The position numbers and the translations under genes were made by a program. A DNA stretch of 46,683 nt from Candidatus Woesearchaeota archaeon (lineage in GTDB: Archaea; Nanobdellota; Nanobdellia; Pacearchaeales; GW2011-AR1): contig CAZHCL010000005.1 in assembly GCA_964530955.1 (NCBI GenBank), positions 1 through 46,683 on the forward strand, in the 5' to 3' direction. Under the pieces are notes generated by a model. The model saw only the letters and a program-made list of their open reading frames with translations, was not told the DNA's origin and made no database searches. The first letter of the stretch is position 1. Each line of letters starts with the position of its first letter. Below, in pieces: positions 26,527 through 34,680 of the stretch.

Positions 26527-27045
26527 ATGAACGCACTCGACTCAATAACGCTTTGGCTATGTGTATTTGCCCTTTTCTTAATATGGCTGATTTATACGCG
26601 CTTTCGCGGAGCGGAATATGCGCCTGCATCATTCCTAAATGCGGAAAAAATGCTTGAATTTGCTTCGATAACTGATAAAGATATTGTTTATGAATTAGGC
26701 TCTGGACTTGGTGGGTTGACTATTCTTGCTTCCTTTAAAGCGAAGAAAGCTGTTGGAATTGAGTTCGACCCTATTCGTTGCTTTCTTAGTAAGATTAGGG
26801 CAAGAATTTTTGGACTAAAAAATATCGAATTTATAAGAGGAGATATTTTCGAGGAAGACATAAGCGATGCGAATGTTGTTTTTCTTTTTCTCAAACAAAA
26901 AACAAATCAAAAACTAAAATCAAAACTTCTTAAACTGAAAAAGGGAACTAGAATAATTAGTAATATCTGGACATTTGAGGGATGGAAACCTGTTAAAGAA
27001 GATAGGGAAAGAAAGGTCTATCTTTATATTATTGGGAAAGAATAA
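26527..27045 (+). CDS. Class I SAM methyltransferase with N-terminal TM, FAM173/aKMT-like protein lysine methyltransferase
   Basis: GAEYAP, VYELGSGLG, GIEFDP, GDIFEEDISDANVVFLFL, GTRIISN.W. Confidence 0.75.
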   Translation: MNALDSITLWLCVFALFLIWLIYTRFRGAEYAPASFLNAEKMLEFASITDKDIVYELGSGLGGLTILASFKAKKAVGIEFDPIRCFLSKIRARIFGLKNIEFIRGDIFEEDISDANVVFLFLKQKTNQKLKSKLLKLKKGTRIISNIWTFEGWKPVKEDRERKVYLYIIGKE

Positions 27046-27058
27046 AACTAAAATTTTA

Positions 27059-27787
27059 TTAGTTGTCTTGTTCAACTCTAGGAGCCAGGACAAAGGAAAG
27101 CATTACATTTCCGGTTGGGAAATCAATTCTCATTGGATGATTATCTGAGAAGGATATATTGACTTTAGAGGATATTTTTGCTCCTTTTATGAACTTATTT
27201 AGGTATTCCAAAGAAAATCTTGCTGTGCTTGTGTCTGAATATATTTCAATTTCATTTGAAGTGAACTCTGCCCTTGCTGAATTAAGGCCATGGGCTTCAA
27301 CGACAAAGCTTTGAGGAGTGGCTGCGAAAGTGCAGGCGTCTGAAACTACAAGACCGTCTTCAACTATCTCGACAAAACTCTGGGCATCCATCTTGATAAC
27401 TGACTTGAATTCCCACTTTGGCATTTCTTTTTCCTCTGATTCAATATCTATCAAAGCTAAAGTGAAATCTCTCTTTATTTTATCATGTATACTTAACTTT
27501 ATCATGTTGTCCTGTTTTTCCAATGAGAGAGAACTGCCCAAACCACATCTTCTAAGAACTGATTTTAGATTTTCAAGGTTCACGCCAAGGACTTCTTCCT
27601 TGTCTATTTCAAACTGGGAGAATAATTCTGTTGGAATCTTGAAATAAACCATTGCTATGTTAGCAGGGTCAATGGCGGTAAGAGACATGCCTTCTTTTGT
27701 TACTTTAAGTCTTACTTCTGTCACAAGCTCAGAGATAATAGAAACTATGTCTGAAAGGAGCTTTGGGCTATCGAGTTTTAAGAGCAT
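27059..27787 (-). CDS. pcn: PCNA sliding clamp
   Basis: AIDPANIAMV, GVNLENLKSVLRR, RFSLEYLNKFIK, HPMRIDF, FVLAPRVE. Confidence 0.96.
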   Translation of the reverse strand: MLLKLDSPKLLSDIVSIISELVTEVRLKVTKEGMSLTAIDPANIAMVYFKIPTELFSQFEIDKEEVLGVNLENLKSVLRRCGLGSSLSLEKQDNMIKLSIHDKIKRDFTLALIDIESEEKEMPKWEFKSVIKMDAQSFVEIVEDGLVVSDACTFAATPQSFVVEAHGLNSARAEFTSNEIEIYSDTSTARFSLEYLNKFIKGAKISSKVNISFSDNHPMRIDFPTGNVMLSFVLAPRVEQDN

Positions 27788-27868
27788 TTTAATACCTAAT
27801 CATAACCCCTTTTAAGGATTATGGTAATCAAAAACAAGATGCTCTGCCAGAGCTTAAAAAAGAGAGTT

Positions 27869-27898
27869 TTGTTTGTTGTTACAACAAACAATATAAAA
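27869..27898 (+). promoter_or_regulatory. Perfect 11-bp inverted repeat abutting the primase TATA box (candidate operator)
   Basis: TTGTTTGTTGT-T-ACAACAAACAA at 27869-27891, overlapping ATATAAAA at 27891-27898, which is 29 nt before the primase ATG. Confidence 0.6.
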
Positions 27899-27919
27899 GC
27901 AGAGTGATTAGTAAAAATT

Positions 27920-29452
27920 ATGGAAGAAAAAAGTGAAAAGGAAAAAAGAGTAAGGGCGATAACTAAGCTCTATTATTCTAATCCTAAGGTTCAGGAAGCG
28001 ATAATTAAATTTTCCTCTGGAAGAGAGGTTGTGCCGAGATACTTTGAGGGTTTTGGTAAAAGACCTGATATGATACAATATCCTTCCGATATAATGGGGC
28101 TTGTGAATAAGGGAGCGACTTCTTTTCATGCTTCTGAAGAAATATGGGGAGATGCATTGCAGTTAAGTTCGGATATTCCTAAGGATAAAATGGATGAACT
28201 GCGAAAGGGATGGGATTTGCTTATTGATATTGATTCAAAGTACCTTGATTTGTCAAAAATAGCTGCCAGATTGCTTATTCAGGCGCTTGAATATTATGGA
28301 ATAAAGAATTATGGAATAAAATTTTCAGGAAGCAAGGGATTTCATATAATTGTTTCTTACAATGCATTTCCTAAAGAATATATGGGACTTGAAACAAAAA
28401 AGATGTTTCCTGAGTGGCCTAGAGCGATGACTGAATTTCTTTTTGAAAAAATAGAAGCAAAATTTAGAACTGAGGCTGGAAAAATAATGAATCTTGGGAA
28501 GAAAGAGGAGAAAAAAAGAGTTTATTGTTTAAATTGTAACAGACCTGCACAAACTGGAACTCTTTCCCTTTACGAATGCCCTGTCTGCGGACTTACAACG
28601 CAGAGAAAAGACGCTAAAAGCAACAGAAGATTAAGATGTTTGAATTCTGACTGTGCGGGAGTTCTCGATTTAATAATTGACAAGGAATATTATTTCTGCG
28701 AATACTGCAAGGATTTTGATAATGAAAAAAATAAATTGGGTTCAGATAAAAATCCGAGTTTATTTGCAGAGAGAGCGGGAGAGGAAGTAAGTGAGCATTC
28801 AAGTTTTGATTTAGTTCTTGTTGCACCAAGACATTTATTCAGAATGCCCTATTCTTTGCATGAAAAAACTTCTCTTGCAAGCGTCGTGATAAAAAAAGAG
28901 GAGATAGATTCATTTATACCTCAGATGGCTGACCCTTTGAAAATAAATGTTGTTAATTTCCTTCCTGAGAATGAACCTGAGGAAGCAAAAAGATTGTTGA
29001 TTGATGCTCTTGAATGGAAAAAAGGAAAGGAAAGCGAAGAGGAGCAAACAATAAAGCAAAAATATCAAAATACGGAGTATGAAAAAATAGATGTGACTGG
29101 AGTAACTGAACAAATGTTCCCTGAACCTATAAAGAAACTGCTTAAAGGATTAAAAGATGGGAAGAAAAGAGGACTTTTCATATTGATAACTTTCATGAGG
29201 TCTTTGAATTACGGTGCTGACCAGATTAATCTTAGAGTTAGAGAATGGAATAAACTTAATGAGCCTCCTTTGAAGGAAGGATACATAAAAAGCCAGATAG
29301 ACTGGCATCTAAGGCAGAAAAAAAAGATATTACCTCCTAATTATGATAATCCTTCGTTTTACAAGGACCTTAATTTGCTTGATAAGAGACCTGAAGTAAA
29401 AAATCCGATAGTTGAAGTGCTCAGGAAAATAAGAAGTAATTCTAGAAAGTAA
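27920..29452 (+). CDS. priS: Fused PriS-PriL(CTD) monomeric archaeo-eukaryotic DNA primase with an 8-Cys insertion
   Basis: PriS motifs DLLIDIDSK, KFSGSKGFH, D....RHLFRMPYSLHEKT; PriL-CTD-like FP..IK.LL.G...G.KR.LF.L..F, WN..N..PL, PPN. Confidence 0.9.
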   Translation: MEEKSEKEKRVRAITKLYYSNPKVQEAIIKFSSGREVVPRYFEGFGKRPDMIQYPSDIMGLVNKGATSFHASEEIWGDALQLSSDIPKDKMDELRKGWDLLIDIDSKYLDLSKIAARLLIQALEYYGIKNYGIKFSGSKGFHIIVSYNAFPKEYMGLETKKMFPEWPRAMTEFLFEKIEAKFRTEAGKIMNLGKKEEKKRVYCLNCNRPAQTGTLSLYECPVCGLTTQRKDAKSNRRLRCLNSDCAGVLDLIIDKEYYFCEYCKDFDNEKNKLGSDKNPSLFAERAGEEVSEHSSFDLVLVAPRHLFRMPYSLHEKTSLASVVIKKEEIDSFIPQMADPLKINVVNFLPENEPEEAKRLLIDALEWKKGKESEEEQTIKQKYQNTEYEKIDVTGVTEQMFPEPIKKLLKGLKDGKKRGLFILITFMRSLNYGADQINLRVREWNKLNEPPLKEGYIKSQIDWHLRQKKKILPPNYDNPSFYKDLNLLDKRPEVKNPIVEVLRKIRSNSRK

Positions 29453-29462
29453 TTTAGTTAGA

Positions 29463-29801
29463 TTAAAAACCTTCTTCTCCGAGGCTTCTGAGGACAGTCT
29501 TTATCTCATCAATTACTTTTTGCTGGTCTTTTTTATCAGACATTCTGACAAATTTAATCAATAAATCGTTTAATTCTTCTTTTCGGAGCATTTTAATCTT
29601 AAATCCATCAGTAATAAAATAAAACCTGTAATTTTCATATTTCAGTTCTTTAATTACTATTCCGCTAACCTGTCCGACGGGTTTTCCCTTATAAGGATTT
29701 TCTTCTAAATCTTTCATAGACTGAAATATTTTAGTAGATTCTTTCTTAAAAATCTTATTTACTTCATCATCTAATCTTTTAGTGATTATTACTTTTGCCA
29801 T
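29463..29801 (-). CDS. RelE/ParE-like toxin
   Basis: V.IT..L....K.....KI...L.ENPYKG, ELKYENYRFYF; overlaps the upstream antitoxin-sized gene. Confidence 0.6.
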   Translation of the reverse strand: MAKVIITKRLDDEVNKIFKKESTKIFQSMKDLEENPYKGKPVGQVSGIVIKELKYENYRFYFITDGFKIKMLRKEELNDLLIKFVRMSDKKDQQKVIDEIKTVLRSLGEEGF

Positions 29802-29995
29802 TTCTTTTTTGAATTAGCAATAGCTTCATCAATAGAAATAGAATCTCCTTCATTCATTAGTAAATCATGTAGCTGTCTTTTCTTTGCGCTAGTTAGGAGT
29901 CGGTCTATCACTTCTGAATAAGTTTCTCCCTTATTTCCAAATTCTTTTATCTTTTCTTTCACTAAATTTGTTACTGCTATGGTTGTATTTTCCAT
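29789..29995 (-). CDS. Archaeal antitoxin (RHH-like, DUF7557/VapB-type)
   Basis: TTIAV...VKEKIKEFG.KGETYSEVIDRLL is typical of archaeal antitoxins; acidic C-terminal helix. Confidence 0.7.
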   Translation of the reverse strand: MENTTIAVTNLVKEKIKEFGNKGETYSEVIDRLLTSAKKRQLHDLLMNEGDSISIDEAIANSKKKWQK

Positions 29996-30002
29996 ATTAT
30001 AG

Positions 30003-30039
30003 TTATTATAATAATTATAAGAGTTATAGTTTATAAACT
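30003..30039 (-). promoter_or_regulatory. Palindromes in the TA promoter (candidate autoregulatory operators)
   Basis: TTATTATAATAA (30003-30014), AGTTTATAAACT (30028-30039) and repeated AGTTAT; AT-rich, so chance is possible. Confidence 0.35.
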
Positions 30040-30147
30040 TTTCGCTCGTTAAGAAGAATAAATTATCTTATTTTTCTCTAAAAACGTTTTAAATTCCCTC
30101 TATTTCGCACTAAGAACATTTTTAAATAATAATAACATTAGTTTTCC

Positions 30148-32073
30148 ATGAAAAGGAGAGGACTTTTGAGCAGCTTTCTTATATTTATTACTATAGGAAT
30201 ATTTCTCACATTTGCCTTTGCTTCTGCGGATAATTCAACCAATACAACTTCTGCTTCTCTGACTGCTTCGAATAATTATACATTAACAACAGGTTCTGGC
30301 ACAAGTTTTGTAAATGTGCCAAGCGACCAACAGGGAGCAATAAATAATGCTTATCAATGTTTGAATAATCAGATAGCGAATAAGAGTTCTTCTGACCTTT
30401 CGCTTCAGGAAGCTGTTTTTGGAATGATGGCTGTTGGAAGCAAAGATAATCTTCAGCAGGAAATCGATAATGATGAAAGCACATCATCAAGTTGCTGGCC
30501 TAAGCAAGGATGCACTGTAAAAGATACTGCACAAGTTCTTCTTGCCTATGAAAGGTCAGGACAGAGCAGAAGCGATATAGAAAACTGGCTTACTTCAAGA
30601 AATTCAACTTCAACTGATCTTAACTGGTTCCTTGAGATGGACATATCGAATAACAATGCGTCTCAATGCACTTTAACATATGATGGTTCGCAAAAGACTG
30701 TAAATATTGGAAATGATATGAAACTTTCTGGAAATCCTGGAAGCTGTTTCACATTCTCTTCAAGTGGTTACTGGCTTCTTTTCAGAAATAACTGTTACAA
30801 TAAGGATATAAAAATATCATGTGATAAGGATTTCATAACTACTCTTCTTTATCAAAAGGTAGCTGGGACAACAACCTATGTACTTCCTACTACTCATTCT
30901 GCTGCTTCTCTCGGCTCGACAGATGAAACAGTAAATACTCAATGCTTCAAAACTGGAAACACCTGCGATTATGAAGGAAGTCTTTGGGCTGCTTTTGCCT
31001 TGCAGAAAGATGGAATAAATGTAGATCCTTTGATTCCATACTTAATTGCAATGTCAGATAATAATGCTCAGTATTTCCCCGGTGCTTTCTTGTATTCTTT
31101 CACTGGTGCAGATGATCAGTATTCTAATATTGTTCAGAGCCAACAGCAGGGAAGATTCTGGAAAATGATAAACACTCCTTACAATCAGTTTTATGACAGT
31201 GCTCTGGCAATGCTTGCATTATCTCAGAGTTCTGCAACTGAGCTTGATAATTCTAAAAATTATTTCTTAAGTATACAGGGAAGTGATGGATGCTGGAACA
31301 ATGGTAACATAAGAGATACTGCATTTCTTCTTTATGCTGGATGGCCAAGAGCAGTTGCTGGCGCTGGAGGAGGAAGTGGAACAGGTGGAAGTCTTTGTCA
31401 GGCAGTTTCAGGACAGTCATGTCAGAATACAGTTTCATGCATCAATGCTGGAGGACGAGTGCTTTCTAATTTCCAGTGCCCTGGATTTAGTGTTTGCTGT
31501 TCTGTCAATGTGCAGCAACAAAGTTGCGCTGCCCAAAATGGAGCAATATGCGGTTCAAATCAGCAATGCAGTGGAAATTCATTGCCTTCATCTGATTCGG
31601 GAACATGCTGTTTGGGAACATGTGTTAACCAGCAGTTGACTGATACTTGCTCGCCTGCTGGAGGAGTTTGCAAAAATATATGCTCTGGCACCGATGACAC
31701 TGACTCTACAAAAACATGCACAAATACTGGAAATGTTTGTTGCATTGCTCAAGCAACGCCAAGTGGAGGCTCAAGCTGGTGGATAATATTACTTACCATA
31801 TTAATAATAATTTTAGTAGCTCTCATTTTGTTGAGAAATAAAATTAAAGTCTGGTGGTTCAAGTACAAGGGCAAGGCTAAAGTCTCACCAATTGTAAGGC
31901 CCGGAGTTCCTCCCGTAGGTCAAGGATATAGACCACAACCAGGATTCAGACCTCAGCCATCATTCAATAGACCTTCTGCTCCTCAGAGAATGCCTGCAAG
32001 AAAACAGCCTCTTTCAGAGAAAGACAGAGAGATGGAAGAGACTTTAAAAAAGCTTAGAGAAATGAGTAAGTAA
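30148..32073 (+). CDS. Membrane-anchored surface protein: prenyltransferase/squalene-cyclase-like alpha-alpha toroid repeats, three 6-Cys modules, TM, Pro-rich cytoplasmic tail
   Basis: Signal peptide ending AFASA; repeats SSCWP...VKDTAQVLLAY, QQQGRFW...YDSALAMLAL, QGSDGCW...IRDTAFLLYA; TM WWIILLTILIIILVALILL. Confidence 0.8.
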   Translation: MKRRGLLSSFLIFITIGIFLTFAFASADNSTNTTSASLTASNNYTLTTGSGTSFVNVPSDQQGAINNAYQCLNNQIANKSSSDLSLQEAVFGMMAVGSKDNLQQEIDNDESTSSSCWPKQGCTVKDTAQVLLAYERSGQSRSDIENWLTSRNSTSTDLNWFLEMDISNNNASQCTLTYDGSQKTVNIGNDMKLSGNPGSCFTFSSSGYWLLFRNNCYNKDIKISCDKDFITTLLYQKVAGTTTYVLPTTHSAASLGSTDETVNTQCFKTGNTCDYEGSLWAAFALQKDGINVDPLIPYLIAMSDNNAQYFPGAFLYSFTGADDQYSNIVQSQQQGRFWKMINTPYNQFYDSALAMLALSQSSATELDNSKNYFLSIQGSDGCWNNGNIRDTAFLLYAGWPRAVAGAGGGSGTGGSLCQAVSGQSCQNTVSCINAGGRVLSNFQCPGFSVCCSVNVQQQSCAAQNGAICGSNQQCSGNSLPSSDSGTCCLGTCVNQQLTDTCSPAGGVCKNICSGTDDTDSTKTCTNTGNVCCIAQATPSGGSSWWIILLTILIIILVALILLRNKIKVWWFKYKGKAKVSPIVRPGVPPVGQGYRPQPGFRPQPSFNRPSAPQRMPARKQPLSEKDREMEETLKKLREMSK

Positions 32074-32078
32074 AATAA

Positions 32079-32546
32079 TTAAATTTCTTTAACTTCTAGT
32101 CCTAACTCATTGGAGATTATTCTGATATATTCTTTATGAACTTGATAAGTCACAAATCCTGGCCCTGGACTACCAAGATAACCTAAATTTCTTCTTTTTC
32201 CATTAAGATTTAACCATGCAGTCGTAATATTTGAAGAGCTATCTGTAAGATATTTCTGCGAGTATTCAGGGTAATTTAATTTCTCAAATTTAGTTAATTG
32301 TTTAGGCGTTTCTATAAAGCAATTAGATTTATTTGCAGATGAGGAGAATAGGCGGAGTCCTAAAAAAGGATAGACTATTTTAACAATGTCTCTCTTCTTA
32401 TCAAGTATTATTTCATAAATAATTGATTCCTTACCTCTATTTTTTATAAACAAAACACTAACCTTTTCTTTATCTGCAGACTCTTCCTTCAAAACCTTAT
32501 AATTCCCGGGGGAAGTTTTAATACTAAATAAATATTTTTTATCCAT
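32079..32546 (-). CDS. Hypothetical soluble protein, 155 aa
   Basis: TAATG-coupled to the upstream 93-aa gene; no family recognised. Confidence 0.7.
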   Translation of the reverse strand: MDKKYLFSIKTSPGNYKVLKEESADKEKVSVLFIKNRGKESIIYEIILDKKRDIVKIVYPFLGLRLFSSSANKSNCFIETPKQLTKFEKLNYPEYSQKYLTDSSSNITTAWLNLNGKRRNLGYLGSPGPGFVTYQVHKEYIRIISNELGLEVKEI

Positions 32547-32827
32547 TACTTTTTCTTTCCAGATTTAGACTTTTGAGAAACCAATAGAGAAACCTTAGTG
32601 TTTATCTCGGAAACGTTATCTGCAATTCTTTTTAGACTAAATGAGTTCCTTATACTTATTAATTTTGAAATTATCAGAACAATGAAGTATATTATGAAGA
32701 TAATAAGGAGGATTTTGCTTGTGGTTATTAGAGCTGAAATGCCTCCCGACATTGAAGAGGGCATGGACTGCCAGACCGTAGACCAGTTGACATCAGGGAA
32801 TATGTTACCTGTAACGTTAAGATCCAT
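32546..32827 (-). CDS. Single-TM membrane protein, 93 aa
   Basis: TM ILLIIFIIYFIVLIISKLI; shares the TATA region 32849-32857 with the divergent gene. Confidence 0.7.
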   Translation of the reverse strand: MDLNVTGNIFPDVNWSTVWQSMPSSMSGGISALITTSKILLIIFIIYFIVLIISKLISIRNSFSLKRIADNVSEINTKVSLLVSQKSKSGKKK

Positions 32828-32877
32828 AGATAGCTGAAAATAATTATATTTATATAAGTTGGCTTTTTAGTATAAAC

Positions 32878-34143
32878 ATGAAAAGAGCAATTGTTTTTGT
32901 GATGGTTTTTGCATGTCTACTTATGCTTATCAATTTTTCATCTGCTATAACTATTGACCTTCATCCTTCTTACCTTTCTTCCCAAACAGCAATTTCAAGG
33001 CTTCAGGGAAATATTCTTGAGCCCATATTGCCTTCTCAGATAGAATTCAAAAGGCAAAATGTAAGAGTTCCTTTCGATTATGATGCGAAAAAGATAGGGG
33101 ATTTCAATTATATTTGGTTTAACACTCCAGTGGTTGCTAATGACACCAATTACACACTTATTATTCATAATATAACCACTACTATTTCTGGAAGCGCTGA
33201 AAAGATTGACCTTTACCAGAATTTCACAGTGCAAAGCACTTTGAGTGATTATTACATAAAACCAGGATTTGTAATAAGCAAGGATGATTTTGACATTCAA
33301 GCTTTCCTAAACAAAGATGTAAGTCAGGATATAAGTTTGATTTATGGTGGAACAAAGTCTTACACATTACAGCCGGGACAAAATGATATTCATTTCAAGG
33401 TAAACAATGCGGATAGTTATGGAGTTAATTTTATTGGGGTAGGAGAATATCAGGTGCCTGCTTATCTGACTTCGAGCCAATTAACATCTAAGAAGACAAA
33501 TTTTATTGAAATAAATCCTGGATTTATTGAATCAAAAAGACTGACTAGAGATAATAATGTTTTCTACCAGATTCAAGTAAGAAATTCAGGAATAAATACT
33601 GTAAATAATGTTTATTTCCAATATGATCCTGCCTTATTCACAATAACTCCTGCAGATAATCAAAGTATCGCTCCAAATCAAGAAATCACCTATCAAATAA
33701 ATCTTAGCACTGCGACTAGAAATAATATCTCAGATATTCTTTATTTACAGTCATCTGATAATAATATTTCTCTGAGCTTTCCAGTAAGACTGGATTTCGT
33801 TGACAATATAAGTTATCTTAATACTTCTGGAATGAACATTTCTGATAATCAGACTGCATCTTACAGCTGTGCAGAACTTATCGGGCAGATATGCTCATCC
33901 GGTCAGACGTGCACGGCGCAAAGTGTCGTGAGCCAGGATGGAATATGCTGCACAGGTCAATGTTCTGATGTGGCAAATCCAGGTTCTGGGGGAAGCACAA
34001 GCTGGATAGGATATTTGATAGCAGCCATAGTTATTGTTGGAGGATTAATACTCTACTTGAAATATAAGAAAGTTAAACCTGATAAAAATCCTCTTCAGAA
34101 AAAAATAGTTGAAAGCGATAAGTTGACAAGACCAAGTCCTTAG
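32878..34143 (+). CDS. Membrane-anchored surface protein with Ig-like (CARDB-like) region and a 6-Cys module
   Basis: Signal peptide ending FSSA; beta-rich body (YQIQVRNSG...IAPNQEITYQINL); CAELIGQICSSGQTC..CCTGQC; TM WIGYLIAAIVIVGGLILYL. Confidence 0.78.
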   Translation: MKRAIVFVMVFACLLMLINFSSAITIDLHPSYLSSQTAISRLQGNILEPILPSQIEFKRQNVRVPFDYDAKKIGDFNYIWFNTPVVANDTNYTLIIHNITTTISGSAEKIDLYQNFTVQSTLSDYYIKPGFVISKDDFDIQAFLNKDVSQDISLIYGGTKSYTLQPGQNDIHFKVNNADSYGVNFIGVGEYQVPAYLTSSQLTSKKTNFIEINPGFIESKRLTRDNNVFYQIQVRNSGINTVNNVYFQYDPALFTITPADNQSIAPNQEITYQINLSTATRNNISDILYLQSSDNNISLSFPVRLDFVDNISYLNTSGMNISDNQTASYSCAELIGQICSSGQTCTAQSVVSQDGICCTGQCSDVANPGSGGSTSWIGYLIAAIVIVGGLILYLKYKKVKPDKNPLQKKIVESDKLTRPSP

Positions 34144-34149
34144 ATAGAA

Positions 34150-34656
34150 TTATTTCTTATCTTTTTTGCTTTTCTTTTTGGGCTTACTCTTTTTTTCAGT
34201 GACTTGCGGGGCTAGCTGGACCTGCTGATTTTGATTGAATAAATGGGGGGCGACTTCCTGGAGTTTTCTTACTAACATATCTCTTTCCATAAGTACATTC
34301 TTTACTATTGCATCATACTCATGAACTCTTTGGATTATCTTATTGCCTAGAAAGGTAAGATCTTGATTTGTAATATTCAGACTTTCTGGAGAAATTATTT
34401 CAACATTTGAAGGAAGATAGGCAAATGAAATAAGAAGATAGGTTGAAACCGAGTCAAATTCCACCATGAGTTCAACGAAAGTAGTGTACAAATCCTTCGC
34501 GTCTTTGACCTCTACTGGTTCATGCGAATTCTTCTCAAGAATTTTAACTCCTTTTTCAGAAGAAAGCTTTTGAACTATTGTATTTAATGCTTCTTTTACA
34601 TGCTCCTTTGGCTTTCCTAGGATTTCAATAATCATATTTGCCTGTACTTTTTCCAT
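34150..34656 (-). CDS. Conserved hypothetical protein, possible ferredoxin-like alpha/beta fold plus coiled coil
   Basis: MIIEILGKPKEHVKEAL, TFVELMVEF, YLPSNVEII.P; TTTAAAAA box at 34685-34678, 29 nt from the ATG. Confidence 0.7.
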   Translation of the reverse strand: MEKVQANMIIEILGKPKEHVKEALNTIVQKLSSEKGVKILEKNSHEPVEVKDAKDLYTTFVELMVEFDSVSTYLLISFAYLPSNVEIISPESLNITNQDLTFLGNKIIQRVHEYDAIVKNVLMERDMLVRKLQEVAPHLFNQNQQVQLAPQVTEKKSKPKKKSKKDKK

Positions 34657-34680
34657 GAACTCCCTAGATAAAATGTATTT

